This document shows positions 1 to 12,917 of a stretch of DNA of 64,000 bases, in pieces (the first letter of the stretch is position 1; every line of letters begins with the position of its first letter). The notes under the pieces are model-generated. The model did not search any database, was not told where the DNA came from, and saw only the letters and a program-made list of their open reading frames with translations. The stretch spans positions 45,209,605 to 45,273,604 of the forward strand of contig NC_057734.1 in the NCBI RefSeq assembly GCF_004010195.1, written 5' to 3'. The stretch comes from Chiloscyllium plagiosum. Lineage: Eukaryota. A program made the position numbers and the translations under genes.

Positions 1-360
1 CCAGTGTAGAGGAGACTGCATCGAGAGCAACGGATACAATAAATGACATGTCTGAAAGTGCAACTGAAATTGTCCCACCTGTTAATCTTCCTTCCCACCT
101 ATCCGCTCCACCCTCCCCTCCGACCCATCACCTTTACCCCCACCACCATCCACCAATTGCACACTCAGCTACCTTCGCCACAGCCCCAACCCTCTTCCAT
201 TTATCTCTCCATTCCCGAGGCTCTCAGCCTCATTCCTGATGGCGGGCTCCGGCCCGAAACGTCGATTTTCCTGCTCTTTGCATGCTTCCTGACCTGCAGT
301 GCTTTTCCAGTAACACACTCCAACTCTGATCTCCAGCATCTTCAGACCTCAATGTCTCCC
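1..360. mobile_element. Penelope-like element remnant (paralog of 25359-26182)
   Basis: Same inverted GIY-YIG/tail structure as the unit 2 copy; degenerate hammerhead at 236-263. Confidence 0.75.
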
Positions 361-1157
361 TGCTAGTCTGGATGACCATTTACCGAACTGTTCTGTTTTA
401 AACACCTGGATTCACTTCCGAGTTTCTAACGAAAAGCCAGCATAAACCACAAACTTCACCCTGTCACCCTCAAAAGACCATCTGACAACCATGCTGTCCG
501 GGCCGAGTGCTTGGTCTGCCCAGTGGAAAGCTACAGCTCAAAGAGCATTCAACAGATATTCTGCGCCATTGACCCTCCAGAGAAAAAAAGAATGAAGATT
601 AAAATCTTGATGACTGCACATCTTGCTTTTTACTGCATTTCATAGGATAATTCCTGCTATTAAATCAAAAACAAATTGAATGATTCCCTCTGCTGGGTGG
701 ACTTTACAGATAACAATTAATAACAAGGCGAGCCTTAGGTTTAAGACGGATCAATTTTGTTAAATGAGGTACCATCCACACGGACGTTTAAACTGTCAAC
801 TTTTAAGTATGGAGTCATAGAATCATACAGTACAGAAGATACCAACTGAACCATCGACTCTCTGCACCTCATTTGGAGTGTGAAGAAAACAAAATTCATA
901 TGCAAACCCTGTCAAAATGCCATAGTCATTCAGAGGCTCTAATGGAGCACATTGGCTCAACCATTTAAAATAAGAAAAAGATTCACATTACCTGAATAGA
1001 TTACGTATAGATTAAGTGGCAGATCAAATGAATTACTAGGAATGTGCTTTCCTGGGACAGGTGAAAGCAATGACTGCAGATTCTGGAAACCAGATTCTGG
1101 ATTAGTGCTGCTGGAAGAGCACAGCAGTTCAGGCAGCATCCGAGGAGCAGTAAAATC

Positions 1158-1185
1158 GACGTTTCGGGCAAAAGCCCTTCATCAG
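1158..1185 (-). ncRNA. Minimal hammerhead ribozyme core (PLE type)
   Basis: CUGAUGA-A-GGGC(UUUU)GCCC-GAAA-CG-UC; stem I is weak. Confidence 0.65.
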
Positions 1186-1352
1186 GAATACAGGCAGAGA
1201 GCCTGAAGGGTGGAGAGATAAGTGAGAGGAGGGTGGGGGTGAGGAGAAAGTGGCATAGAGTACAATAGGTGAGTGGGGGAGGGGATGAAGGTGATAGGTC
1301 GGGGGGAGGGGGGGTGGAGTGGATAGGTGGAAAAGAAGATAGACAGGTCATA

Positions 1353-1842
1353 GTCATAGAGTCATAGAGATGTACAGCATGGAAACAGACCCTTCGGTCC
1401 AACCCGTCCAAACTGACCAAATATCCCAACCCAATCTAGTCCCACCTGCCAGCACCTGGCCCATATCCCTCCAACCAAACCTATTCATATACCCATCCAA
1501 ATGCCTCTTAAATGCTGCAATTGTACCAGAGTCCATCACATCCTCTGGCAGCTCATTCCATACATGTACCACCCTCTGCATGAAAAGGTTGCCCCTTAGG
1601 TCTCTTTTATATCTTTCCCCTCTCACCCTAAACCTATGATCTCTAGTTCTGGACTCCCCGACACGAGGGAAAAGACTTTGCCTATTTATCCTATCCATGC
1701 CCCTCATAATTTTATAAACCTCTATAAGGTCCGACGCTCCAGGGAAAACAGCCCCAGCCTGTTCAGCCTCTCCCTGTAGCTCAGGTCCTCCAACTCTGGC
1801 AACATCCTTGTAAATTTTTTCTGAACCCTTTCAAGTTTCACA
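1353..1842 (-). mobile_element. CR1 LINE 3' fragment
   Basis: ORF ...VGESRTRDHRF...FMQRVVHVWNELP; (CTATGACT)-type tail. Confidence 0.9.
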
Positions 1843-2212
1843 AGTCAGGACAAGTCATGGGAACAGTGCTGAGCTGGAAGTTTGGAACTGGGGTGAGGTG
1901 GGGGAAGGGGAAATGAGGAGATTCAGGGCAGAGGAAATGACCTGGGAGTTGCAGTGGGAGAGGGACTCCCTGAGATTCTTGTAGAGAGAGGAGGAAAACT
2001 TCTTCAAGGCAGGCATCCTTGGAAGAGGATTTGCAGTAGGGTTAAAATTAACTAGGTAAAAACAATGACTGCAGATGCTGGAACAGTTTAAAAATTTACA
2101 AGTAAATGACAAACTTTGTTTCAGACGTGCGTCAGGAAAGAGTGAGGGTAGTTAAATGCAATTTTTATGTGCTCAATTTTATACTTGCTTGATGGTGAAA
2201 TACATTTAACAA

Positions 2213-2420
2213 AGTTAAAAGTTCCACAACACCAGGTTACAGTCCAACAGGTTTATTTGGAAGCACTAGCTTTCGGAGTGCGGCTCCTTTATCAGGTGAT
2301 TGAAGGAGCAACACTCAAAAAGTTGGTGCTTCCAAATAAACCTGTTGGACGATAACCTGGCGTTGTGTGATTTTTAACTTTGTGCACCTCAGTTCAACAC
2401 CAGCGACTTTAAATCATGAC
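2213..2420. mobile_element. Short fold-back PLE-derived element with 12-bp TSD TACATTTAACAA
   Basis: Inverted arms; TSD at 2201-2212 and 2421-2432; degenerate hammerhead core on the minus strand. Confidence 0.75.
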
Positions 2421-4424
2421 TACATTTAACAATAATGTTTTATCATTTCAAGGATGTAGGCATGTAAGGACCCACATATTTCTTTTCCTGTTTGCTCTAT
2501 ATAACGGAATTGAAGTCAGTCTCCGTTTTGCAACTGACTAACAAATAAGTGCTTTGCAACCTGAAGTATCAAGTGTTTTTGTTTTGGCAGTACAATGTTG
2601 TTCTTGATGCAGCGAGATTCTTACCTGACAGAGACCCTGCAACACCAGAAGTTTTGATATAAAGTATAACTACCTGATCACAATGCTTGGATTGGTAAAG
2701 CTGCAGTTTGCTCCAGATTGGTTGGACCAGCGCAGCATAAACCATCCAGAGTGAAGAAGCAGAAAACAGAATGGACAATAAAAGAAAGTAAACGAAACAA
2801 TTCTAACATTAAGAAAAATCTACATGCAACTGATCAAATTGAACACAACCTCCGTACAGGCAACAGTTTGGCATCATTGCTACAATCAAAAGATCTGTGA
2901 CAGAGAACTTAGCACACTCTTGTTACGTGAAGTTTTGATGTTCAGAATTTTGTTTTCCCTGACTATGTATTTTCACACATAAAGTTTGCGTCAAGCCACG
3001 GTCTTTTGTCTGCCTTATTTGTGAATATGTCTGTAGGTGAGCCTGTGTTTAGGGATTTAAATTGATATAATTAAATTATTCTTGTTCTGACATCTATTAA
3101 ACAATAAGTGTTTGCCAATAAACAATGTTTCTGCTGTGCAAGTAAGATGTGAAATGTATTGTCATGAATAATACTCAGTAAGCAAATTGCTTGATTTCAT
3201 GGTTTGAAGGGTTGAAATTAGGATTAATCCTAACCCAATCCTTTCTCTCAGGTTTTGAAATAGTGAAGCTCGATTATCGGCATTTGATTAATTTTAGTCC
3301 CAACTGGATCATGGCAAGCGGAACTGTGTACAGTATTCTAAGCACGGCTTTACCGATGATTTTTAAAATGGCAAAAGTATCCCATTATATCTTGACCAAT
3401 ATTTTTCCACTAATTTATAGTAAATTCTCGTTTGCGCTCACGGACAAAAAGTGATATTGAAATCGAATCCATTTATTGTCGAATAGATGGCTGTTCATTC
3501 TCTGCACTTCTTTTATTCGTTAGTAACTAATAGCCCGTTTTTCGATTGTTTATCCGATTTTAAATTTACCAATGTGCATTTCATCTGCATTCAAATCATG
3601 CATTGGATTGCTCTGTTTGGCTTTGGAATTTGATATTTGGCGATTACTTGCAATGTTATAAATATTTTCTTAATTCCGTGCTCCAAATCACAAAGATATT
3701 AAATAAAGCTTGTCCTCAACAGAAGGTCGTTGGGCACCTGAAGGGATTTGGTGAGTTCATTTGGCTGGTAAGTGGTTTGCCATGCAACCTGGCATTAATA
3801 GCACTGTTTCAATTCCCACATCGACTGCGACTACCATGAAGCTCCCTCCTTCACTCCTTCTAGCGCCTTGCTTAGGGTGTGGTAATCTTTAGGTTAAACA
3901 ATGATCGAACGTCTCCCTTGAAAGCTCTCCAAGAACACCATTTTCAAGAGTGTGAACCCCGATTCCTTTGCCATGTGAAGCATTTTGCGAGCATTAACAA
4001 TCTATGTTTTGCAATGAAAAAATCTTTATTCTATAAACTGCACTGAATATAGTCAGAGTCTACTCAAGGAGCGAGTCTAGTGAACGTTTGATCGGCCCTC
4101 TCTGGACCAAACATGTGCTTCTTTAAGTGAGGAGGCACAGTATGCCCACAGTTCTCCAGCTGTGGCATCAATAGTGTCTTTGATAAGTGTGGCAAAAATT
4201 CTTTGGTCTAAAACTCAAATCCCTTGCCAATAAATGTTAACATACCACTTGCCTTACCTACTGCCCGTTGTGCCTGCAAGTTAACTTACTGTCATTCATT
4301 TATAAAGACACTCACGGCTCTCTGAATAGGAAAAGTTCTCTGGTCTAAAATTCAAATAAATGTTAACATCACATTTAGTCACAGTAGTTCTCTCACTCAT
4401 GTCCTTGCCCAAGCATCAAAGTTG

Positions 4425-5570
4425 AAAATGTGTTGCTGGAAAAACGCAGCAGGTCAGGCAGCATCCAAGGAGCAGGAGAATCGACGTTTCGGGCATGAGC
4501 CCTTCTTCAGGAAAGTATGCCAAGCAGGCTAAGATAAAAGGTAGGGAGGAGGGACTTGGGGGAGGGACGTTGAAAATGCGATAGGTGGAAGGAGGTTAAG
4601 GTGAGGGTGATAAGGTGAGGGAGATAGGCTGGAGTGGGGGTGGGGGCGGAGAGGTCAGGAAGAAGATTGCAGGTTAGGAATTCGAGGGTTGGGACTGAGA
4701 CAAGGTGGGGGGAGGAGAAATGAGGAAACTGGGGAAATCTGAGTTCATCCTTTGTGTTTGGAGGGTTCCTAGGCAGAAGATGAGGCGCTCTTCCTCCAGC
4801 CGTCGTGTTGCTATGGTCTGGCGATGGAGGAGTCCAAGGACCTGCATGTCCTTGGTGGAGTGGGAGGGGGAGTTGAAGTGTTGAGCCACGGGGTGGTTGG
4901 GTTGGTTGGTCCAGGTATCCCAGAGGTTTTCTCTGAAACATTCCGCAAGTAGGCGGCCTGTCTCCCCAATATAGAGGAGGCCACATCGGGTGCAGCGGAT
5001 GCAGTAAATGATGAGTGTGGAGGTGCAGGTGAATTTGTGGTAGATATGGAAGGATCCCTTGGGGCCTTGGAGGGAAGTAAGGGGGCAGGTGTGGGCGCAA
5101 GTTTTGCATTTCTTGCGGTTGCAGGGGAAGGTGCCTGGAGTGGAGATTGGGTTGGTGGGGGGTGTGGAGGGAGTCACGGAGGGAGTGGTCTTTTTGGAAC
5201 GCTGATAGGGGAGGGGAGGGAAATATATCCCTGGTGGTAGGGTAGTTTGGAGGTGGCAGAAATGATGATGGATGATACGATGTATATGGAGGTTGGTGGG
5301 TTGGTGGTGAGGACCAGTAGGGTTCTGCCCTGGTGGCGATTGGAGGGGCGGGGCTCAAGGGCGGAGGAGCGGGAAGTGGAGGAGATGCAGTGGAGAGCAT
5401 CGTTGATTACGTCTGGGGGGAAATTGTGGTCTTTGAAGAAGGAGGCCATCTGGGTTGTTCAGTATTGGAACTGGTCCTCCTGGGAGCAGATGCGGTGGAG
5501 ACAAAGGAATTGGGAATATGGAATGGCGTTTTTACAGGGGGCAGGGTGGGAGGAGGTGTAGTCTAGGTAG
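4425..5570 (-). mobile_element. 5'-truncated Penelope-like retroelement (RT thumb, GIY-YIG endonuclease, tail)
   Basis: IYCIRC...LLYIGETGRLLAECFRE...VAQHFN; empty site in unit 2 at ~29140. Confidence 0.9.
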
Positions 5571-6069
5571 TGTCCATCATCCCGACATTCTTGTGCTCCT
5601 AATAACATTATTACTGGATAGGTTCACAGGCCTGGAATTCCTTATTTCTTTCTTCTACCTTTCTCATATGGGATGGCGTTTTTACAGAGGGCAGGGTGGG
5701 AGGAGGTTTATCGCAGCTGTCCTGCAACAAGGATTCCACAATGCACACAATACCCTAGCTGTAATCTAGCAAAATGTTCTAAACAGAGCCAGTGTTATCT
5801 TGCTGCTCTTGAACTCAATGCCTTCACTAACAAAGGCAAGTATTCCATCTGCCTTCTTAACCACTTTATTCACTTTTCCTGGCACCGTAAGGGACTGGCA
5901 TGCATGCACATCAATGCCTTCTGACCCTTAGTGCTTACAAATATCGTACCTTTCATTAAACTGGAGGAAGGGAAGGAGCGGATAAATGAATTATTCAATC
6001 AATTTCGTCCTTCCTCTATGGAGGCCAGAAGAGTGGTGCTTGGATTCTTTTCTTTTATATCACCCTGTT

Positions 6070-7920
6070 GATAGCCATAATTTCTGAAAGCACCATCTGT
6101 TTCATGAATGTCCTTCAAAGAAGAAAAACTGCCATCTTTACCTGCTCTGGCCTACATGTGACTCCAGACCCACAGCAATGTGCTTGCTGTTCAATTTCCC
6201 TCTGAAATTGTTTAGTAAGCCATTCAATAGTACTAATCTCTGCATAGTCTCAAAGAAGAAATGAAACCGTGTGGATCACCTGGATTCAACCGAGGCACTG
6301 GAAAAGACAATGGCAGAAACAGCCCTGTTGACCCTGCAATGGTTTCCTTATCTGACATCTGCTGGCCAGATAAACTCCCCCAAAATTTGGAGAGTTGTCT
6401 CACAGAATGGTTACGCAACAGCCTGCCATTGCCATATTCATTTACATGCAACTTCCCAGACACCACCATCATCATCCCTGGATATGTCCTGTCGCATCAG
6501 CAGGACAGACCGGCAGAGCTGGCAGCACAGTGGTATGCATTTGGGAGGGAGCTGCCCTGGGAGGCCTCTACATTGACTCTGCACCCCGTGGATGCTCATG
6601 GCTTCAAGTTAGACATGGGTAAAGGAACCTCCTGCTGATTACAATGTCCCATCTTTCCTCAGCTGATGAATCGGTACTTCTCAAAGTTGAAGAATATTTA
6701 GAAGTAGCACTGAAGATGACAAAGGCATGACATGTACTGTGGGTGTGGCATACCTATGTCAACCACCAACTGTGGCTCTACATATCGAGTTGGTCAGGTC
6801 CAAAAGGATGTAGATGCCAGATGGGTCTGTCGCAGGTGGTGAGGGGTCCAATAAGAAGGAAAATATATTTGACTCATCCTTACCAATCTGACAGCTGTGG
6901 AGACTGAGACAACCTCATCGTGTTGTGTGGCACTATCGTTGTGTTAAATGAACCAGACTTCAGGCAGGTGTAGCGACTCAGCACTGGGCATCCATGGAGT
7001 TCTGTGGGCAGCAGAACTGTACTCCAGCACAATCTGTAACCTCATGTCCCGGCGTAGCTCCCATTCATCCAGTACAATCAAGCCAGGTGATTAACTCTCG
7101 TTCAATTGAGAATGCAGGAGGGCATGCCAGGAGCAGGACCAGGCATAACTGAAGATGATGTGCCAATCTGGTGAAGCCAGCAACAGGACTATTTACACGC
7201 CAAACAGCATAAGCAGTAAGTGATAGACAGAGCTAACCAACAGATCAGATCTAAGTTCTCTCACATCCAGTCGAGAATGATGGTACACGATTAAACAACT
7301 CACTGGAGCAGGAGGAGCGTCCACAAATATCCCCGTTCTCAATGATGGAAGAGCCCAGCATAGAAGTGTGAAAGATAGGGCTGAAGACTTTGCACCAATC
7401 TTCAAACAGAGTGGATGATCCACCTGCTTCAGTGGTCCCCAAGCATAGCAGGTACCAGTCTTCAGCCAATTCGAATCACTCCATGTGATATCAATAAACC
7501 TTTGGAAACACTGGATACTGCAAAAGCCACGGGCAAAAGCCGAAATAATATTCTGGCACTAGTACTGAAGATTCATGTTCCAGAGCTTGCCACATCCCTA
7601 TCGAAGCTTTTCTAATAGAATCACAGCACTGACTTACACCCGACAATGCAGAAAATTGCCCAAGTGTGTCTTGTATATAAAATGCAGGACAGATCTAACC
7701 CAGCCACGTACGCCCTCTCAGTCTATTCTCAATCATCAGTAAAGTGATGGAAGATGTCACCACGGTGCTTTCAGTGATGCCCACTTTAGCTTCTGCCACG
7801 GCCATTCAGCTTCTGACCTCATTACAGCCTAAGTTCAAATATGAACAGAAGAGCTGAATTGCAGAGGTGAAGTGAGAGTGACAGCCCTTGACGTCGAGAC
7901 TTTCAAACGAGTGTGGCATA
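6070..7920 (+). mobile_element. Old degenerate non-LTR retrotransposon (CR1/L2-group-like), paralog at 29870-33220
   Basis: Endonuclease-like and RT-like fragments (LDTAKATG..NI...VLK..VPELATSLSKLF) with many stops; clade uncertain. Confidence 0.6.
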
Positions 7921-7925
7921 AAATT

Positions 7926-8329
7926 ATCCCAATTTAATGATGCTGTTCCAATAACTTGCAAGAATCCACAAAAGACATCTCTTGGCACAAAAGGTAAAAT
8001 GAAATATAGAGTATGATAGGAGAGATGTCAGAGAGAGAGTACCAGTCTGGAACTGATTCTTAGAGTCCAGCAGTTTTTTTCACACTGCTGTTAAAAAGTC
8101 AAAACAGGCCAGAGTTAGCCGAGCTGCGAGACCTGGCCCCTCCCGTTTCATTGCACAAGGTTTTTTAAACTTGAAAACCCTCTGTCCGAGGCAGTATCTG
8201 TTAGCTATAATCAAATTGACCCTGAAACCATTCAACCACAGACATTTCCGAGTCTGTTCTCTTTAATAACCTCTCTAAAAAAGAAAACTAAGCTCAGCAT
8301 ACTCTTGTTATAGGAGCAGCATCGTCACA
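7926..8329 (-). mobile_element. Truncated LTR remnant of the Gmr1-like element (also 33227-33631)
   Basis: Aligns to 58345-58715 and shares the right-hand flank. Confidence 0.75.
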
Positions 8330-8376
8330 CAGTCAATTCTCTTCAATATCGATTGCACTGGCCTGACTTATAGCCA

Positions 8377-8603
8377 CTGCTGCAAATGTGTTGCTGGAAA
8401 AGCGCAGCAGGTCAGGCAGCATCCAGGGAACAGGAGAATCGACGTTTCGGGCACAAGCCCTTCTTCAGGAATTGGGTTCCTGAAGAAGGGCTTGTGCCCG
8501 AAACGTCGATTCTCCTGTTCCTGGATGCTGCCTGACCTGCTGCGCTTTTCCAGCAACACATTTGTAGCTCTGATCTCCAGCATCTGCAGACCTCACTTTC
8601 TCC
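8377..8603. mobile_element. Near-perfect palindromic PLE-derived mini-element with 15-bp TSD
   Basis: Arms 8383-8471 and 8477-8564; TSD CCTGACTTATAGCCA at 8362-8376 and 8604-8618; empty site at ~33665. Confidence 0.9.
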
Positions 8604-9299
8604 CCTGACTTATAGCCAGTCAGTCCTGCAATATATGAAAGAAATATTTTTTCAGAGGTGAGGCAGCTCTTTAGACTACACATCAGTTTGACAAAAACGA
8701 AACCAATTCAGTCGCCTGTTTTCCAAGACAAATATAAACCACCAAGCATTGTCATCTGGGAACACAGCTGAATGCCATCAAACAACTTATCTGTTTAGAG
8801 AGGGTATCCTCATTTGAAGACAGCATAGGCAAGAAAATTAACTACAAGCGTTATAAAAGCAAATAGCATATTGAGAAGAACTTAAAAACCAATGTAGAGC
8901 AATTAAGTCTAGAATGCAGACAAGCTCAAAGGCAATGATGATATAGTGATGAACACCATTCCGTATTATTCTGAGCCAAAGGGTCCTGCTCGGGCATCAT
9001 ACACACGATCTCTGCCACTTTATCCTCAAGATTTGCCCGCCATAGGAACATACTACAAACACTGGAGTCTTGGAACAACAAACATTGCCAACATCGAGGT
9101 CAGTTATCTCAGCTCCAGGGCAGCCCTGCAGGAGTTCCTCATAGTAATGTTCGAGGCACAACCATCGTCAGCTGCTTTCTCAATGATCTTCCCCCCATCA
9201 TAAGGTCAGAAGTGGGCATGCTAGCTGATCACTGCACGACGTTCAGCACCATTCGCAACTTTTCAGATACTGAAGCAGTCCATGTTCAAATGCAACAAT

Positions 9300-10575
9300 G
9301 ATTTGGAGATGCTGGTGTTGGACTGGGGTGTATAAAGTTAAAAATCACACAACACCAGGTTATAGTCCAACAGGTTTGATTGGAAGCACACTAGCTTTCG
9401 GAGCGAGGCTCCTTCATCAGGTGATAGTGGAGGACTCGATCGTAACACAGAATTTATAGCAAAAATTTACAGTGTGATGGAACTGAAATTATACATTGAA
9501 AAATTGATTGTCTGTTAAGCCTTTCATCTGTTAGAATACAGTGATAGTTTCACTTCTTTCATGTGTAAATCACAAAGCCTTTTTTTAAAGTTGCATCCTC
9601 GGGTTAGCTGTTAACAATGGTGATAGCTGGACAATATGTTGAAGGTGTTAACCCCCTGTGTTCTCTGTCTATGCCATGATGTTTAGATTGATTCTAATCT
9701 AAAAAGTGAGATAACAGAGTTTTACATAAATTCATGCAGTTTTTGAGCTCAGATTTCTACATGAATGCATGTAGTTTTTGAGCAAAGTCCAATGTAACTC
9801 TACAAGTACAAATTCACCCCACAAAATATATGCGTGTATGTGGGTCTTTGTCCATCTGTGTGTGTGTCTGTGTAGTGCTACGGCAACGGATGAATGGGCA
9901 CCGCACAACAATCAACAGACAGGAGGGTTCCCCAGTTGGGGAACACTTCAGTGCTCCAGGACATTCAGCCTCGGACCTTTGGGTGACCATCCTCCAAGGT
10001 GGACTTCGGGACATGCAGCAGAGAAAAGTGGCCGAGCAGAGGCTGATAGGTAAGTTTGGTACCCATAGGGAGGGCCTCAACCGGGACCTTGAGTTCATGT
10101 CACATTACAGGTGATCACCATTGCACTACACACACACAGAGATATTCCTACACACACACTCTCACATACAGACGGACACTGGTACACACAGACGCGCACA
10201 CAGACACCCATACACACCCTTATAGACACATACACTCCTACATTCACACATGCACCCCCTCACAGACCTAAGACACTCTGCACTCACTACACACGCACAC
10301 ACACTTTCTCACATTCACAACCCCCAACCCAAACAGACACACACACACACACGCAGACAGACAAAGACCCACATTCACACATATATTTTGTGGGCTAAAT
10401 TTGTACTTGCAGAATTACATTGGACTTTGCTCAAAAACTGCATGCATTCATGTAGAACTCTGAGCTTAAAAACTGCATGAATTTATGTAAAACTCTGTTA
10501 TCTCACTTTTTAGATTAGAATCAATCTTAACATCATGGCATAGACAGAGAACACAGGGGGTTAACACCTTCAACT
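9300..10575. mobile_element. Penelope-like element, inverted tail plus GIY-YIG C-terminus, with CA-rich tract
   Basis: LRQRMNGHR...PVGEHF...LGLNRD-type ORF at 9876-10114; 9640-9860 is inverted at 10360-10575; hammerhead at 9389-9423. Confidence 0.85.
9389..9423 (-). ncRNA. Minimal hammerhead ribozyme
   Basis: CAC-CUGAUGA-A-GGAGC(CUC)GCUCC-GAAA-GC-UA-GUG. Confidence 0.7.
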
Positions 10576-11644
10576 AATGAGCATCTACCAAATAATCTGT
10601 ACAGTATACAAATGGCAGGGGATGTTGCTTTGACAGCAAGACTTTTTTTGAATATCAATTAGTGACAAACTTGCATTCATGAAAATCATTCAAACATAGT
10701 ATATCTGGACTGATCGGCTTGATTGTGCATCTGATTCAAATAGTCAATGAAAAGGAAAAGAAAATTACGTCAGTTAAGGGTAGTGCATTAGGACACAACA
10801 GAGGTGATTAATATCTTGCATAGGGCTGTCAGTTGCTATTTGATTTCGAATTATAGATTGTAAACAATGTAGGAGCTTTTAAAAATGAAATGTCTGGTTA
10901 AGAGCCAAAGGGAAAAAAGTCCGAACCCACGATGGGATGGTAATGATGGTGTATTCTATGTAAATGAGGGGAACTGCCAGTTTCTGTGATTAACATAAAC
11001 AGTGTGGCCTGTTGGAATTATTATAAGATTCAATGAAACAATCTCGGACTGAGATCTCATATACTTCACCTGAGGGGTGTGGAAGGGTCTTCATTACAAT
11101 CTTCCATCATAGCCAGACTGTGATGACATTTTGCCAGATTGGGGAGGTCTCTGGAATATAAGGTTGATGAACATATAATGGGGAAAAACAAGAAGCTAGA
11201 CAGCCTCTGGGGGAAATTGTTTTGGTGTGTAAGGACAGGCAATGTGCTACAATACATGTAACATTCAAGAAGCATAAAACCACTCAGAACAAAGCAGCCT
11301 GCTTGATTAGTCCTAAATCTGCAAACATTCACTTCCACTAACATGGGCTCGTGTGTGCCATTTACAAAATACTTTAGAGACGTTCACGAGCCTCATTCAA
11401 CAGTACCTTCCAAACTCACCACTACTAGCTTCAAAAAGGACAAGGGCAACATATGCACAGGAAAACCACCATCTACAAATTCCCTCCCCTCTCCCCCCCC
11501 CCCCCCCCCCCCCCGCCCCCCATCCTCCCACTCTCCCAAGCCACTCACCATCCCGACTTGGAAATATATTCAAAGTTTGTGCGAAGATTTGTAGCTCGGG
11601 TGCTCGTTGTTGTGGTTCTGTTCGCCGAGCTGGAAGTTTTTGTT

Positions 11645-11684
11645 GCAAACGTTTCGTCCCCTGGCTGGGTGACATCATCAGTGC
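11645..11684 (-). ncRNA. Minimal hammerhead ribozyme
   Basis: GCA-CUGAUGA-U-GUC...GAC-GAAA-CG-UU-UGC; inverted partner at 11995-12034 (+, CUGAGGA). Confidence 0.65.
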
Positions 11685-12069
11685 TTGGGAGCCTCCTGCG
11701 AAGCGCTTCTTTGATGTTTCCTCCGGTGTTTATAGTGGTCTATCCCTGCCGCTTCCGGTTGTCAGTTTCAGCTGTCCGCTGTAGTGGTCGGTATATTGGG
11801 TCCAGGTCGATGTGTTTGTTGATGGAGTTTGTGCCATGAGAGGCATGGCATTCATCCACAAACTCCATCAACAAACACATCGACCTCGACCCAATATACC
11901 AACCACTACAGCGGACAGCTGAAACTGACAACCAGAAGCGGCAGGGACAGACCACTATAAAACATCAAAGAAGCGCTTCACAGGAGGCTCCCAAGCACTG
12001 AGGATGTCACCTAGACAGGGGACGAAACGTTTGCAACAAAAAACTTCCAGCTCGGCGAACAGAACCACA

Positions 12070-12917
12070 NNNNNNNNNNNNNNNNNNNNNNNNNNNNNNN
12101 NNNNNNNNNNNNNNNNNNNNNNNNNNNNNNNNNNNNNNNNNNNNNNNNNNNNNNNNNNNNNNNNNNNNNNNNNNNNNNNNNNNNNNNNNNNNNNNNNNNN
12201 NNNNNNNNNNNNNNNNNNNNNNNNNNNNNNNNNNNNNNNNNNNNNNNNNNNNNNNNNNNNNNNNNNNNNNNNNNNNNNNNNNNNNNNNNNNNNNNNNNNN
12301 NNNNNNNNNNNNNNNNNNNNNNNNNNNNNNNNNNNNNNNNNNNNNNNNNNNNNNNNNNNNNNNNNNNNNNNNNNNNNNNNNNNNNNNNNNNNNNNNNNNN
12401 NNNNNNNNNNNNNNNNNNNNNNNNNNNNNNNNNNNNNNNNNNNNNNNNNNNNNNNNNNNNNNNNNNNNNNNNNNNNNNNNNNNNNNNNNNNNNNNNNNNN
12501 NNNNNNNNNNNNNNNNNNNNNNNNNNNNNNNNNNNNNNNNNNNNNNNNNNNNNNNNNNNNNNNNNNNNNNNNNNNNNNNNNNNNNNNNNNNNNNNNNNNN
12601 NNNNNNNNNNNNNNNNNNNNNNNNNNNNNNNNNNNNNNNNNNNNNNNNNNNNNNNNNNNNNNNNNNNNNNNNNNNNNNNNNNNNNNNNNNNNNNNNNNNN
12701 NNNNNNNNNNNNNNNNNNNNNNNNNNNNNNNNNNNNNNNNNNNNNNNNNNNNNNNNNNNNNNNNNNNNNNNNNNNNNNNNNNNNNNNNNNNNNNNNNNNN
12801 NNNNNNNNNNNNNNNNNNNNNNNNNNNNNNNNNNNNNNNNNNNNNNNNNNNNNNNNNNNNNNNNNNNNNNNNNNNNNNNNNNNNNNNNNNNNNNNNNNNN
12901 NNNNNNNNNNNNNNNNN
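12070..12917. other. Assembly gap
   Basis: Run of N. Confidence 1.

Larger units (their letters stand above)
1058..2082 (-). mobile_element. Penelope-like tail with partial tandem pLTR, interrupted by CR1
   Basis: The terminal motif caatgactgcagat..ctggaa occurs at both ends; hammerhead core at 1158-1185. Confidence 0.7.

Noticed and set aside
3191-3839. Hydrophobic ORFs containing DCSVWL, reminiscent of GPR139-like receptors (paralog 27955-28421)
   Set aside because: Only a 5-6 residue resemblance, frames are not conserved between units, and no other GPCR motifs are present; a tBLASTx search would be needed.
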